Notes under the pieces: generated by a model
Databases searched by the model: none
What the model saw: only the letters and a program-made list of their open reading frames with translations
Told to the model about the DNA's origin: nothing
Shown: positions 30,874 to 41,111 of the stretch, piece by piece
How positions within the stretch are numbered: position 1 is the first letter of the stretch
How the letters are laid out: each line of letters begins with the position of its first letter
Assembly (NCBI GenBank): GCA_037445735.1
Contig: JBBIJY010000005.1
Location: 1-64,000 of the forward strand
Origin: Armatimonadota bacterium
Lineage (GTDB): Bacteria > Armatimonadota > Fimbriimonadia > Fimbriimonadales > GBS-DC
DNA: 64,000 nt
Direction of reading: 5' to 3'
Translations under genes and position numbers: made by a program

Positions 30874-33800
30874 TTGAGCGCGAGTGGCGCAACAAATGAG
30901 AGCGGGCAGTCAACCCGCGTGCAATGCGGCGCGAGGGGTGTCAAGGGCTTTCCTGATACAAGAGGCAGTTTAGCCATCATCGAAGCCAACAAGGGGCTGC
31001 AAAGCGACACGGTGTGGGAAGGTTCTTTTCCCGCGCCAGCAGGCTGGTATCGGCTGCAGTTTGCGGTGCAGCTGGGCGATTACAACGGGTCAGCCGCGGG
31101 GCTTGCTGTGCGCATCCAGCTGCAGGATAGCGTGACGGGGCAGACCTTTGCGCTGGCGCAGCCATTTGGCACTGCCCCGCTGCTGGTGGTGGATGTGGGG
31201 GTGCCGACGCCCAACGCTTATATCGTGCAGGTGGTGGCGCCAGCGAATGAGCGGTGGCTGACGATTACACGCAAGGAGGTGCCAGCGACGGCGCCCGTGC
31301 CCGACACCTATGGGGCGCCGTTTGGGTGGCAGGGGAGCCTGCCTGTACCCTATGGGGTGCTGAATATCTGGAACGGCAACCTGCATCTGAGTTTGCCGCT
31401 GTTTGGCTGGGGCGGTCAGGCGGGGGTGGCGTTTGGGCTGTTTTATAATGCGCAGGATAGTCGTGAAGGGGTTCTGGGCGTGGGCTGGCGGCACAGTTAT
31501 GAGGCATCGCTGAGCTTTGTGCCCCAGAACAATCCGCCGCTGGTGGTGGTGAACGAACCCGATGGGCGGCAGCTGGCGTATGCGCAGCAGCCGGATGGGA
31601 GTTATGTGGCGATGCGGGGGGTCTACGCGCAGTTGCGCTTCAAGGACGGGCAGTATGAGCTGGTTCGTCCGTCGCAGGAGCGGTGGGTGTTTGACAGCAC
31701 AGGTCGGCTGGTGGCGATTCGGGATTTGCACAATCAGGGTGTGGTGTTGAGTTATGATGGGTCTGGGCGTGTGGTGCAGATAACAGATAGTGTGAACCGT
31801 TCGGCGGTGCTGGCGTACTATGAGGCGTCGGATCGGGTGCCGGGCACGAACACGCCTGTGCCTGCGGCGTGGGTAGGGAAGTTGAAGAGCGTGCAGGATG
31901 CGCTGGGGCGTGTGTGGCGGTTTGTGTATGAGCCGCTGCCAGCGGATGGTGGCAGTGGGGGTGGAGGTGGGACAGGTGGGAACACAGGGGGCGAAGGGGA
32001 ACCGAGCAGGGTTTATTTGCAGCGGGTGATTTATCCCGATCTGGCATACGGTGGCGTGGTGGAGAGCTCGGGCGCAGGGTATCGGCTAGAATACCTGGAC
32101 GGTCAGCTGGAGTATCAGCGGCTGACCCGTGTGGTGGATCGGGCGGGTTATGCGACCAGTTATGGCTACAGTGGGGCGCGCTGTGTCTGGTTCCAGTATG
32201 AGGGGCGTCCGCCGGAGGGTAACGAGTTGCGAGCGAAGGTGTTGCCGGAGGGTCGGGTGGTGGCATACACCTATGATTTAGAGGGGCGGTTGTTGACGAT
32301 GCAGGAGGCGGGACGGACGACGACCTGGACTTATCAGGATAGCACAGGCTTTTTGGAGAGCGTCTCCTCGCCTGAGGGCACGATAGAGTACAGCTGGCAG
32401 AACGGGCTGTTGCACACGGTGGTGGTGCAGCCTGCGGGTGGGACGCGACAGGAGTGGCAATATACTTACAACGCAGCAGACGAGCTGGAGCGAGTGGATC
32501 GTCTGGTGAACGGTTCGTGGCAGGTGGAGGTGCAGTATGAGCGGGATGGCTTTGGGCGATTGTGGCGAGTGCGGTATGGGAACGGCACGGTGGTGGAGTA
32601 TGGGTATGATGGGGCGGATCGGGTGCGGAGCGAGACCTACAAGGTGGGCAGCACGCCCTATCGGGCGGTGGAGTATGAGCGGGATGGGTTAGGGCGGCTC
32701 TGGCGCAAGCACGAGTATGTGTGGCAGGGGAGCCGTCGGCAGTGGCAGGCGACAGTGGAGTATACTTACGACCATCAGGGTCAGCTGGTTGGGGAGGTGC
32801 GGAGGGGCACGAATGCGTACACGATAGCATATGGGTATGATAAGGTGGGCAATCGGTTGACGCGCACGCGCGTGGTGAACGGGCAGAGTTTTGAGGATGC
32901 GCTGGTGTATAACGAGGCGAACCAGTTGGTGTCGTGGAACGGTCAGAGCTGGGAGTATGATTTAGATGGGAATGGGGTGGTGCGTCGGGCGAACGGGGAG
33001 ACCTGGTTGCTGGGTTATGATGCGGAGGGGAACCTGGTGAGTTTACAGAAGCAGGGCGAAGCTGTGGGTTGGGTGTATGAATATGATGGTTTAGGTCGTC
33101 GGGTGCGTTCGGTGCGTGGCACGCTGGAGGTGGCGTATCTCTATTCAGGGGATACGCTTGTTGCCGAGCGCACTAACGGCAACTGGGTATACTACGGCTA
33201 CGGTGGTGCGATGTACGCCCAGACATCCAGCACAGGGATGGAGTATAAACACTGGAGCTGGCGTGGGGACCTGATGGCGAAGTCGGGTGCCAGTGGTGCA
33301 TATTCGCCTGCGCCGATTACGGACGCTTTTGGCGATTTGGTGAGTGAGACAGCGCGGGATACCTATGACTGGAACGGTGCGTGGGGTTATCGGAACGAGG
33401 CGTTCACGGGCGGGTTGCAGAAGGTAGGGGTTCGGTGGTATGACCCTGCAGTGGGTCGGTTTTTGCAGCTGGATCCGTGGGTTGGGGTCTCTTTATGCGC
33501 CGCTGACGCTGAATGCGTATGGGTATTGCTTGAATGATCCGCTAAAATGGGTCGACCCAGATGGTGAGCAGGTTGCGGAAGCGGTTGCTGTCGGTGGAAC
33601 TTTGGCACTTGCTGATGGACCTCTGCCGGTTGGTGAAATTATCGGGGCAGCTGTTGTGATTGGTGCGATTATAGTTTGTTTGGCAAGGGGAAGAAGCGGA
33701 GGTGATGACCCTGCTAAGGATAGGGCGCGTGAGCGAGAACACGGACGTCGCAAGTACGAAGAAAGGCGAAAACACAAAGATGAAATGGAAAGGCGGCTTC

Positions 33801-33892
33801 GGGAAGGGGATGAGCGACCTGCCCCTCGCCCCAGATACAAGCAACCGCGCAATATTCGTGATGATGAGTTACCACCTGACCGCCTACCCTGA
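30874..33892 (+). pseudogene. RHS/YD-repeat toxin, frameshifted just before the core end; start uncertain
   Basis: [10 protein letters not shown] repeats, [16 protein letters not shown]; continues in another frame as [19 protein letters not shown] plus ~80-aa tip. Confidence 0.85.
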
Positions 33893-33901
33893 CTTTGCTC
33901 A

Positions 33902-34669
33902 ATGAGTGCCGAACTGGTATCATGTAATGTGGAGGCTTATCGAATGAGGGGCAGTCGCAACGGAAATAAGGCAATTATGGGCTTGGGCACATTGGCAGCC
34001 ATAATAGACCATCGTGCAGCGCGATCTACAGTTCTGTCAGGACGTGCATGCGACATGGCCGAGCGCCTACTGGCAGAGGGTGATTTCGGGGAAGCACTGA
34101 ATATGGTACTTCCCGTGATCGTGAAGGGCGATGATGGGATAGTGGAGCGAGCCAGGAAGATCGCCGCGCTTGCCCTAGAAGCACTGGCAGATCAGAGTCA
34201 CGATCAAGGCGACGCGGAAGGTGAACTGGGTTATCTGGAACAGTGGTTAGCCATTCAGCCCAACGCGCTCTATCCTCAGATCAGGCGTGCAGAGATTCTA
34301 TGGTTGGAGATGGAGAACGGGCAAAAGGCGTACCGTGCTTACAGAGAAGCTGCTGAAAAGCATCCATGCAGCATAGAAGCTTGGCTTGGTTTAGCGCAGA
34401 TTGATCTAGCACAAAATCATCTGCATAAAGCCGTGCGCCATTTGAAAAGAGCATGGGGTTGCCTGAAAAACGCAGAGTGGGGCTATCCGCCAACAGCAGG
34501 GGTTGTTATGAATGTGCTTGAGACACTTTATGTGCTAACCGCGCGTGTTTATGCTGCTTTTGATGAGAAGGATCTGGCAGAGCAAGTACTTTTACAGGGT
34601 ATCCAGATTCTGGATGAGCCATCTTTGTACATCAGCGATTACTTAAAGGATTTACGTGCGAACCAGTGA
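33902..34669 (+). CDS. TPR-like protein, candidate immunity protein
   Basis: Directly follows RHS tip, lower GC, EAWLGLAQI TPR-like helices. Confidence 0.65.
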   Translation: MSAELVSCNVEAYRMRGSRNGNKAIMGLGTLAAIIDHRAARSTVLSGRACDMAERLLAEGDFGEALNMVLPVIVKGDDGIVERARKIAALALEALADQSHDQGDAEGELGYLEQWLAIQPNALYPQIRRAEILWLEMENGQKAYRAYREAAEKHPCSIEAWLGLAQIDLAQNHLHKAVRHLKRAWGCLKNAEWGYPPTAGVVMNVLETLYVLTARVYAAFDEKDLAEQVLLQGIQILDEPSLYISDYLKDLRANQ

Positions 34670-34813
34670 GAGGCGGTCCAGTAATTCCGTGCCTGATGAA
34701 GACGGCCGAACCTGTTCCTAATAGACGAAGCTAGCCTTCGCTGACCATCACGACTCGGTATGCCTGCACCCCAAGCCAGCTGACGCAGGTCGGCTTCGTC
34801 GCATAGGAACGGC

Positions 34814-34940
34814 ATGAGATGGCTCATAGACGCGCCGCTGCCGATGCGACTGGCGGCTTACTTGAGATAGCGGGGAGTAGAGGTGCTTCATCCTGCTGAG
34901 ATGCTTCTGGGCAACCACACGCCAGACGACGCAATCAAAA
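34814..34940 (+). pseudogene. DUF5615-type PIN-domain remnant
   Basis: MRWLIDAPLPMRLAAYLR*RGVEVLH...GNHTPDDAI with in-frame TAG at 34868. Confidence 0.7.
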
Positions 34941-35090
34941 CCGACCAGTACCCCTCCGTGAGGTTCCCCCTGCCAGCAGGGAAACCTGCAGGAGGGGGCG
35001 CGCTGGTTTCCTGTGCTTGTCGGCAAGACCTCTCAGACCGAAGGGGAGCGACAATTCATAGGTCGCTTCTCAGAGGGTACACTTTCCTGG

Positions 35091-35729
35091 ATGGGCGATT
35101 GGAAGCGTGAGCGTTTGCGCGGCGTGTATGTGATCACTGACCCGCAGTTAGGTGGGGGGCACCTCGCTGGGGCGCGGGCGGCGCTGCAGGGCGGCGCACG
35201 CATCATTCAGCTGCGCGATAAGCACGCCACCACGCGCCAGCTCATAGAGTACGCTCTGGCACTGCGCACGCTCACCCGCGACTATGACGCCCTGCTGATT
35301 ATCAACGACCGCCTCGATGTGGCGTTAGCGGTGGAAGCCGACGGCGTGCATCTGGGTCAGGACGACATGCCCATTGCGCTGGCGCGGCGGCTGACAGGCG
35401 AAGGGCTGATTATCGGCGTGTCGGCGGAAACCGTCGAGGAGGCAGTGCGTGCCGAAGCGGACGGCGCCGACTATTTAGGGGTCGGACCGATGTTCACCAC
35501 CGCCACCAAGCCCGACGCCGGCACGCCCGTCGGACCTGAACGCCTGCGAGCAATCAAGCAGCGCGTGCGCATTCCTGTGTTCGGCATCGGCGGTATCACG
35601 CTGGCGAACGCCCCGCAGGTGCTGCAGGCGGGCGCGGACGGCATCTGTGTGATTTCAGCCGTTTTAACGGCGCCCGATCCTGCCGAAGCCACACGCCAGT
35701 TAGTGGCTCTCTTCGAGTCGCACCGTTAG
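35091..35729 (+). CDS. thiE: Thiamine-phosphate synthase
   Basis: YVITD, QLRDK, INDRLD, GVHLGQDD, TKPDA, IGGI. Confidence 0.95.
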   Translation: MGDWKRERLRGVYVITDPQLGGGHLAGARAALQGGARIIQLRDKHATTRQLIEYALALRTLTRDYDALLIINDRLDVALAVEADGVHLGQDDMPIALARRLTGEGLIIGVSAETVEEAVRAEADGADYLGVGPMFTTATKPDAGTPVGPERLRAIKQRVRIPVFGIGGITLANAPQVLQAGADGICVISAVLTAPDPAEATRQLVALFESHR

Positions 35730-38218
35730 CGGCTCTCCACGCGGTGAACCGTCGCCCACACATGGCGATAAGCGTCCAGATTGCGCGGCTGCTTGCGTGC
35801 CTGCACGATGTCCAGATAGAGCGTGGCAATCTCGTAGGGGCGCATCTTCAGTTCCAGCTGGCTGCAGGGGTGAATATCCCCCGTCGGGGGCGATTCGGAC
35901 ACCATGAGCGACTCGATGGGTTCACCTAACAGGTTGGTGCGGATGGCGCGGGCGACCTCGCCCGCCACGCGCAGGCGCACGCGCGTCGCCTCGCCGTTAA
36001 ACTCCACCAGCCGCAGCACGATGGGAAACTCCATCCCGCGCCCGGCGTAATCGCTCAGGTTCATCCCTGCGAACCGCTCCGATTCGCGATAGAGCGCCGT
36101 CAGCAGCACATTGGGCGCGTCGCACCAGACGCAGCCGAAGGATGGTGGCAAATCGCCCGATGGCGTCTCGCTTCGCGCTACCAGCACGGGGCGATTGAAC
36201 TCCTGCGCCAGCCGCCACCGCTCAGCGTGGGTCAGCGCGCGATGGGGCAATAGACGCACGCGAACCTCCAGCGTGTCCACGAAGTAATCCTCATCCCAGG
36301 GGTCATACAGGGTCAGGATGTGGCGCACGCGCTCGCCATCGCGCAGGAACGCCTGACTCCCGTCATGCAGGTAGAGCAGTCCGCGCTCGCCCGCGTCGAA
36401 ATCGAGCAGTTGCAGCGCGGTGAAGGGGTTGCGCACCTCTTCAAACACCTGCGGGGAGGTCATCCAGTCGCCGGTGGGGTACTTGCGCAGGTAAGTTCCT
36501 TCCGCCCGAATCGGGCTGACGCCGTAGGGATGGTCATGAATGAGGCGGTATTCGGGCAGATTGGGCGCGAGCGTGGTCATCAGCGCGTTTCGGATGCCCC
36601 CATCAGGGCGCGGCAGGCGTTGTGCCCGATAGCATAAATCGAGCGCGTCGCATTCGGGTGCGAGGCTCACCTCCATCTGAATGCGGGCGCCCGCCCTGCC
36701 GTTGCGCTCGATGAGAACCGTTTCGCCCTGCACGCGCACGAATGCCTCCTCAAAGCGCTCCACCTCGCCCTGGCGTATCATCTGCAGCGTGCCGAGCGGT
36801 TCGTCGGGGCGCAGGATGCCTTCGGGGAACTCCGCGCTGAATAGCTGGGTGATGACGCCGCGAGCGCGGTCGATAACCACCTGCAACGCGCCGCGTTGTA
36901 AGCGCACGGTGGCGCCATCTGCTTCGATCTGCACGGGGCGGGGCGATTCAGAATCGTCAGAGGGTTGCACCACGCGATAGCCGAAGGGTGGCAGCGAGCG
37001 CAGGAGTCGGCGCTGCCCGGTGGCGGGGTCGGTGATGCAGGCGTCGCGTTGCCAGCCGAGCGGGTTGTAGACCACGAGTCGCCCTGCTGCGCCCGTTGTT
37101 CGCGTCGCGAGCAGGCGCATCGTGCGCTCAAGCACATGCCCGCTCAGCGCGAGGCTGCGCTCGTAGGAGCGTCGCCCGATGTGCCCGCACAGCCCCTCGC
37201 ATTCATCGTTATCATGGTGCTGGGCGGCAAGCAGTTCCCACCACGCCTCCTCCAGCTCCCACACGGGATAGACATCCCAGTGCGCGTAGGGTCGCCCGAA
37301 AAGCCCCATCAGTGCGCACACGGTTTCAGCGGCGAGCAGCGACTGCTCCGCGCGACGGCTCAACCGCCGAAACAGGTCGCCGTTCTTGCCCAGGCTCAGC
37401 CCGTGAAACACATCATCCAGCGTGTAGCGGCGCGGCTGTGCCAGCTCGCGAGCCTGCTCCAGATATTCAGAGAGGGTCACGAAGCGCAGCTCAAACTCGG
37501 GTCGGCTCATCAGCGCGCGCAGGGGCGGTAGCATCAGCTCCGCACGGCACATCCAGTCGGGTGAGGGCATCAACTCCAGCCATTGCACGATGCACGGCAT
37601 CGGCATCTGATGCAGCTCAGGGCTATCTAACAGCGCGGCGAAATCCTCGGGCCACTGGTGCAGATTGAGCTGATGGCGCGGCGCGGTCAGCAGGCGCGAG
37701 CCGTCCTGACCCTCCCAGTAGATGGCGGGCACCTCCTCGACAGGCAGCGCGGGCGTGTGCCATGTCCACTGGAAAAAGAGGCAGGCATACTCGTAGCCCA
37801 CACCCCGCAGAATCTGGGGCAGCTGCGGGAAGAAGTCGAACTCCTCTTCCCAGAAGGTACGCGGGCGGATACCAAGCAAGCGCATCACCGTCCGCACGCC
37901 ATACACACGCTGGCGAATGTTCGACTCGCCCCCGTGAAACAGCCCGTAGGGTTGACCGTATGATGCGCCCACCACCTCAATCTGCCCGCGCTGGATGGCA
38001 TCACGCAGCTCGGCGAGCGCATCGGGCGCCTCCGCTGCCATCCGCTCGTAGCCGACCGCATCGAAGTTGATATTGCCTTTCGCGCCCGTTTCCGCACAAA
38101 AACGCAACATATCGCGCACCGAGTCGGGCAGCACACCGTAGCCCCACAGCCACTCCATATCGACCCAGTGCATATGGTTGCCAAAGGTATAGAAGAGGGT
38201 TGTGCGGGTATTAGCCAT
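35726..38218 (-). CDS. GH38 alpha-mannosidase-like glycoside hydrolase
   Basis: HMHWVDMEWLW, GESNIRQ, PQLPQIL, AQHHD, YNPLGW. Confidence 0.8.
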   Translation of the reverse strand: MANTRTTLFYTFGNHMHWVDMEWLWGYGVLPDSVRDMLRFCAETGAKGNINFDAVGYERMAAEAPDALAELRDAIQRGQIEVVGASYGQPYGLFHGGESNIRQRVYGVRTVMRLLGIRPRTFWEEEFDFFPQLPQILRGVGYEYACLFFQWTWHTPALPVEEVPAIYWEGQDGSRLLTAPRHQLNLHQWPEDFAALLDSPELHQMPMPCIVQWLELMPSPDWMCRAELMLPPLRALMSRPEFELRFVTLSEYLEQARELAQPRRYTLDDVFHGLSLGKNGDLFRRLSRRAEQSLLAAETVCALMGLFGRPYAHWDVYPVWELEEAWWELLAAQHHDNDECEGLCGHIGRRSYERSLALSGHVLERTMRLLATRTTGAAGRLVVYNPLGWQRDACITDPATGQRRLLRSLPPFGYRVVQPSDDSESPRPVQIEADGATVRLQRGALQVVIDRARGVITQLFSAEFPEGILRPDEPLGTLQMIRQGEVERFEEAFVRVQGETVLIERNGRAGARIQMEVSLAPECDALDLCYRAQRLPRPDGGIRNALMTTLAPNLPEYRLIHDHPYGVSPIRAEGTYLRKYPTGDWMTSPQVFEEVRNPFTALQLLDFDAGERGLLYLHDGSQAFLRDGERVRHILTLYDPWDEDYFVDTLEVRVRLLPHRALTHAERWRLAQEFNRPVLVARSETPSGDLPPSFGCVWCDAPNVLLTALYRESERFAGMNLSDYAGRGMEFPIVLRLVEFNGEATRVRLRVAGEVARAIRTNLLGEPIESLMVSESPPTGDIHPCSQLELKMRPYEIATLYLDIVQARKQPRNLDAYRHVWATVHRVESR

Positions 38219-39695
38219 TGTTGTTCCCCCGTCCGTTCTCGGCAGTGGTCGGCTCCTCAGGTGGCAGGGGTATCGCCTGCACCAGTCGGATGCGGTGTCC
38301 TTCCACTGCATGCACGCGCAGTTGCCAGCCGTTGGCGATCACCACATCGCCCTCGCTCGGCTGATGCCCCAGCATGCCGAACACGAAGCCACCGAGAGTG
38401 TCGAACTCTTCTGACTCCAGGCGCGTATTGAGCAGTTCGCTGGCGTCGTCGAGGTGCATGCGGGCATCGATGAGCAGCGAGCCGTCGGGCAGTGTTTGCA
38501 CAGGTTCCTCCGGCTCCACATCGTACTCGTCCTGAATCTCACCGACGATCTCCTCCACGAGGTCTTCAAGCGTTACCAGCCCTGCGGTGCCGCCGTACTC
38601 GTCCTGCACGATAGCCATATGGACGCGCTGGCGGCGTAGCTCCTGCAGCAGCTCCACCACGCGCTTGCTTTCGGGCACGAAGTAGGGCGGACGCATCATT
38701 TCGCGGATGGAGAGCTTCGGCGGTGCGCCCTCGCACAGGCGCAGCAGGTCCTTCGCGTGCAGGATGCCCAGAATGTTGTCCACACTGCCCTCATACACAG
38801 GGATGCGCGAGTGCCCTGTCTTGCGAATGAGCGCAATCGCCTCCTGCGGTGTGGCGTCGGCAGGGATGCACTTCATATCGACGCGCGGGGTCATCACCTC
38901 GCGGGCAATCGTGTCGGTGAACTCGAAGATGGACTGGATCATCTCCTTCTCCTGCTCTTCGATCACACCCTGCTCCTCGCCCGCTTCGACCAGCACGCGC
39001 AACTCTTCCTCGCTCACAACGGGCGCCAATCGCTGCGGCTGGATGCCGAACGGTCGCAAAATAAGGCGCGTGAGCGTGTTCACCAGCCACACGGGCGGCG
39101 CCAGCACCCGATCAATGAACACCATCGGCGCCGCGATGACGAGCGCGACCCGCTCCGGATAGGTCACCGCGATGCTTTTGGGCACAATCTCGCCCAGAAT
39201 GATGCTCGCGAAGCCGGTGAGCAGCGTGACGACGATCACGCTCAATCCGTAGAGCAGGCGCGACTCGATGGAGGCTTCTAACGGTTTAAGTGCGTGATAG
39301 AGCGGCTCAGCGAGATTGGTCGCCGCCACTGCTGATGCCAGGAAGCCCAGCAGCGTCACGCCCACCTGCACGGTGGAGAGGAAGCGTGTTGGCTCGCTCT
39401 TGAGCGCGTTCAAATGCGCCGCCATGCGGTGCTTCTGCTCCATCAGCAGGCGCACATAGCTGTGGCGAATGGAGATGAGCGCGGTCTCCGCCAGCGCAAA
39501 GAAGGCGTTGCCCAGCAGTAGCACCAGAATCAGCAGCAGGCTGGTGGTCGGGGTCAGCCCGCCCGCCGGAGGGGTTGCCCCACTCTCAACGGGCGATTGC
39601 CCATAAAAGAGCCAGATGAGCAGCCCTGCAAGCAGCGCGGTCAGCAGAAGGCGTTTCCGCCCCCTTCCGCTCACTCGGACAGAACTGTCTTCCAT
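38211..39695 (-). CDS. Hemolysin/CNNM family protein (DUF21-CBS-CorC)
   Basis: FFALAETA, GEIVPK, VMTPR, HSRIPV, DEYGGTAG, GEIQDEYD. Confidence 0.92.
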   Translation of the reverse strand: MEDSSVRVSGRGRKRLLLTALLAGLLIWLFYGQSPVESGATPPAGGLTPTTSLLLILVLLLGNAFFALAETALISIRHSYVRLLMEQKHRMAAHLNALKSEPTRFLSTVQVGVTLLGFLASAVAATNLAEPLYHALKPLEASIESRLLYGLSVIVVTLLTGFASIILGEIVPKSIAVTYPERVALVIAAPMVFIDRVLAPPVWLVNTLTRLILRPFGIQPQRLAPVVSEEELRVLVEAGEEQGVIEEQEKEMIQSIFEFTDTIAREVMTPRVDMKCIPADATPQEAIALIRKTGHSRIPVYEGSVDNILGILHAKDLLRLCEGAPPKLSIREMMRPPYFVPESKRVVELLQELRRQRVHMAIVQDEYGGTAGLVTLEDLVEEIVGEIQDEYDVEPEEPVQTLPDGSLLIDARMHLDDASELLNTRLESEEFDTLGGFVFGMLGHQPSEGDVVIANGWQLRVHAVEGHRIRLVQAIPLPPEEPTTAENGRGNNNG

Positions 39696-39712
39696 AGGGC
39701 GTCTCAACCTCC

Positions 39713-40528
39713 TCAGCGGGGCACGAGCCAGTAGATAAGGGCAGCCAGCCCGATGCCCAGCAGACTGCCCAGAATGACCTCCCGCAGGGTATGCACCTTC
39801 GCCTCCACACGGCTCTGCGCGACCAGCGTCGCCAGCAGCAGCGCCAGGATCGACGCCAGCAGGTTGCCCGACACGATAATAATGGCAATCGCGAAGAAGA
39901 AGCCGAGCGCGCTGTGCCCGCTCAGCACCCCGCCGTGAAACAGGCGCACCCGACCCTGCGTGGAGAGCACCTTCGCCAGCGACACAATCACAAAGATGAG
40001 GATGGTGCCGATGGTGACGGCGACGGTCATCGTCGGCTCGGCCCGCTCCATGCGCAGCCGAATCTGCTCCAGGCGCAGGTCGCCCATAAATAGCACCCAC
40101 GCGACCACAATCGCGTTCAGTGTGGCGACCAGCACCGCGCCCGCCGCGATGTCTTTGGCGAACTTCGCGCGCGGGTCATACTCCTGCGTTGCCAGATCAA
40201 CGGTGGCTTCAATCGCGGAGTTGAACATCTCGGCAATCAGCACGATGGAGATGGTGAACAGCAGCACGAGCATCTCGCGCTTATCGAGGCGGAACAGGAA
40301 ACCCATCAGCAGCACCAGCACCACGCTGAAGAAGTGGAACCGCATGTGGCGCTGGGTGCGCACGACGGCGATGATGCCCTCCAGCGCGTAGCGGAAGCTA
40401 TCCAGCGCATTGCGCCGCCACGGATGCCCCGTCGACGCCGAATCGCTCAACTCCGAGCCATCACTCGATGGCTCCGTCAGGTCGGATGGTTCTGGGCGTT
40501 CCACCGTTTCGCGCGAGTCATCTCTCAT
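39713..40528 (-). CDS. dgkA: Diacylglycerol/undecaprenol kinase with PAP2-like C-terminus
   Basis: EMFNSAIEATVD, AKDIAAGAV, SGHSA, QSRVEAKVH. Confidence 0.88.
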   Translation of the reverse strand: MRDDSRETVERPEPSDLTEPSSDGSELSDSASTGHPWRRNALDSFRYALEGIIAVVRTQRHMRFHFFSVVLVLLMGFLFRLDKREMLVLLFTISIVLIAEMFNSAIEATVDLATQEYDPRAKFAKDIAAGAVLVATLNAIVVAWVLFMGDLRLEQIRLRMERAEPTMTVAVTIGTILIFVIVSLAKVLSTQGRVRLFHGGVLSGHSALGFFFAIAIIIVSGNLLASILALLLATLVAQSRVEAKVHTLREVILGSLLGIGLAALIYWLVPR

Positions 40529-41111
40529 AATGGCGTGAGTACCACTCCTCCCTTGCTGCGTAGCCCAGCTCGCGCAGGGTCTCGACGGCGAGGCAGTTCA
40601 TCTGCGCACGCTGGGCGTCGGTCTCATCCTCGTAGCCGAGCAGGTGCAGGGTTCCGTGCAGGCACAGCATCAGGATCTCGGTGATGAGGTCGTGCCCGTT
40701 CGGTTCCGCCTGTTGCGCCGCCTGTTGAATGGAAACCACCACCTCGCCCAGCTGCAGCGCTTCACCGAACGGGTGGCTCAGCAGAATAACTTCGCCGTCC
40801 GTTATTAGCGGAAAGCTCAGCACATCGGTCGGCTGGGGCACACCCCGATAGCGGGCGTTCAGCGCGGCAATCGTCTCGCTAATGGTCAGCCAGATGCTGA
40901 TCTCCCACCGCGTGGCAGAGGGGATGGAGGTGAGGGTCGGCAAACCTGCACGCGCCACCAGACGCTGAACCGCCTGCGGAATCGCCACCGTCAGCAGGTG
41001 CTGAATCAGCGACTCTCGCTCGGCAGACGATGGGAGCAGCTGGGCGAGATAACGGTCGGCGTCCGGGTCGAGTTCCGCCGACACGCTCACCTCAGGGCAG
41101 ATGGGCAACAT
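40518..41111 (-). CDS. ybeY: rRNA maturation factor YbeY
   Basis: LNARYRG..PTDVLSFP, HGTLHLLGY; start approximate. Confidence 0.88.
   Translation of the reverse strand: MLPICPEVSVSAELDPDADRYLAQLLPSSAERESLIQHLLTVAIPQAVQRLVARAGLPTLTSIPSATRWEISIWLTISETIAALNARYRGVPQPTDVLSFPLITDGEVILLSHPFGEALQLGEVVVSIQQAAQQAEPNGHDLITEILMLCLHGTLHLLGYEDETDAQRAQMNCLAVETLRELGYAAREEWYSRHYER

Noticed and set aside
34880-35090. TPP riboswitch upstream of thiE (GGTGC...GCTGAGA)
   Set aside because: No downstream CCTGAT/TAAT/GCGNAGG core; the motif lies in the PIN pseudogene and thiE looks leaderless
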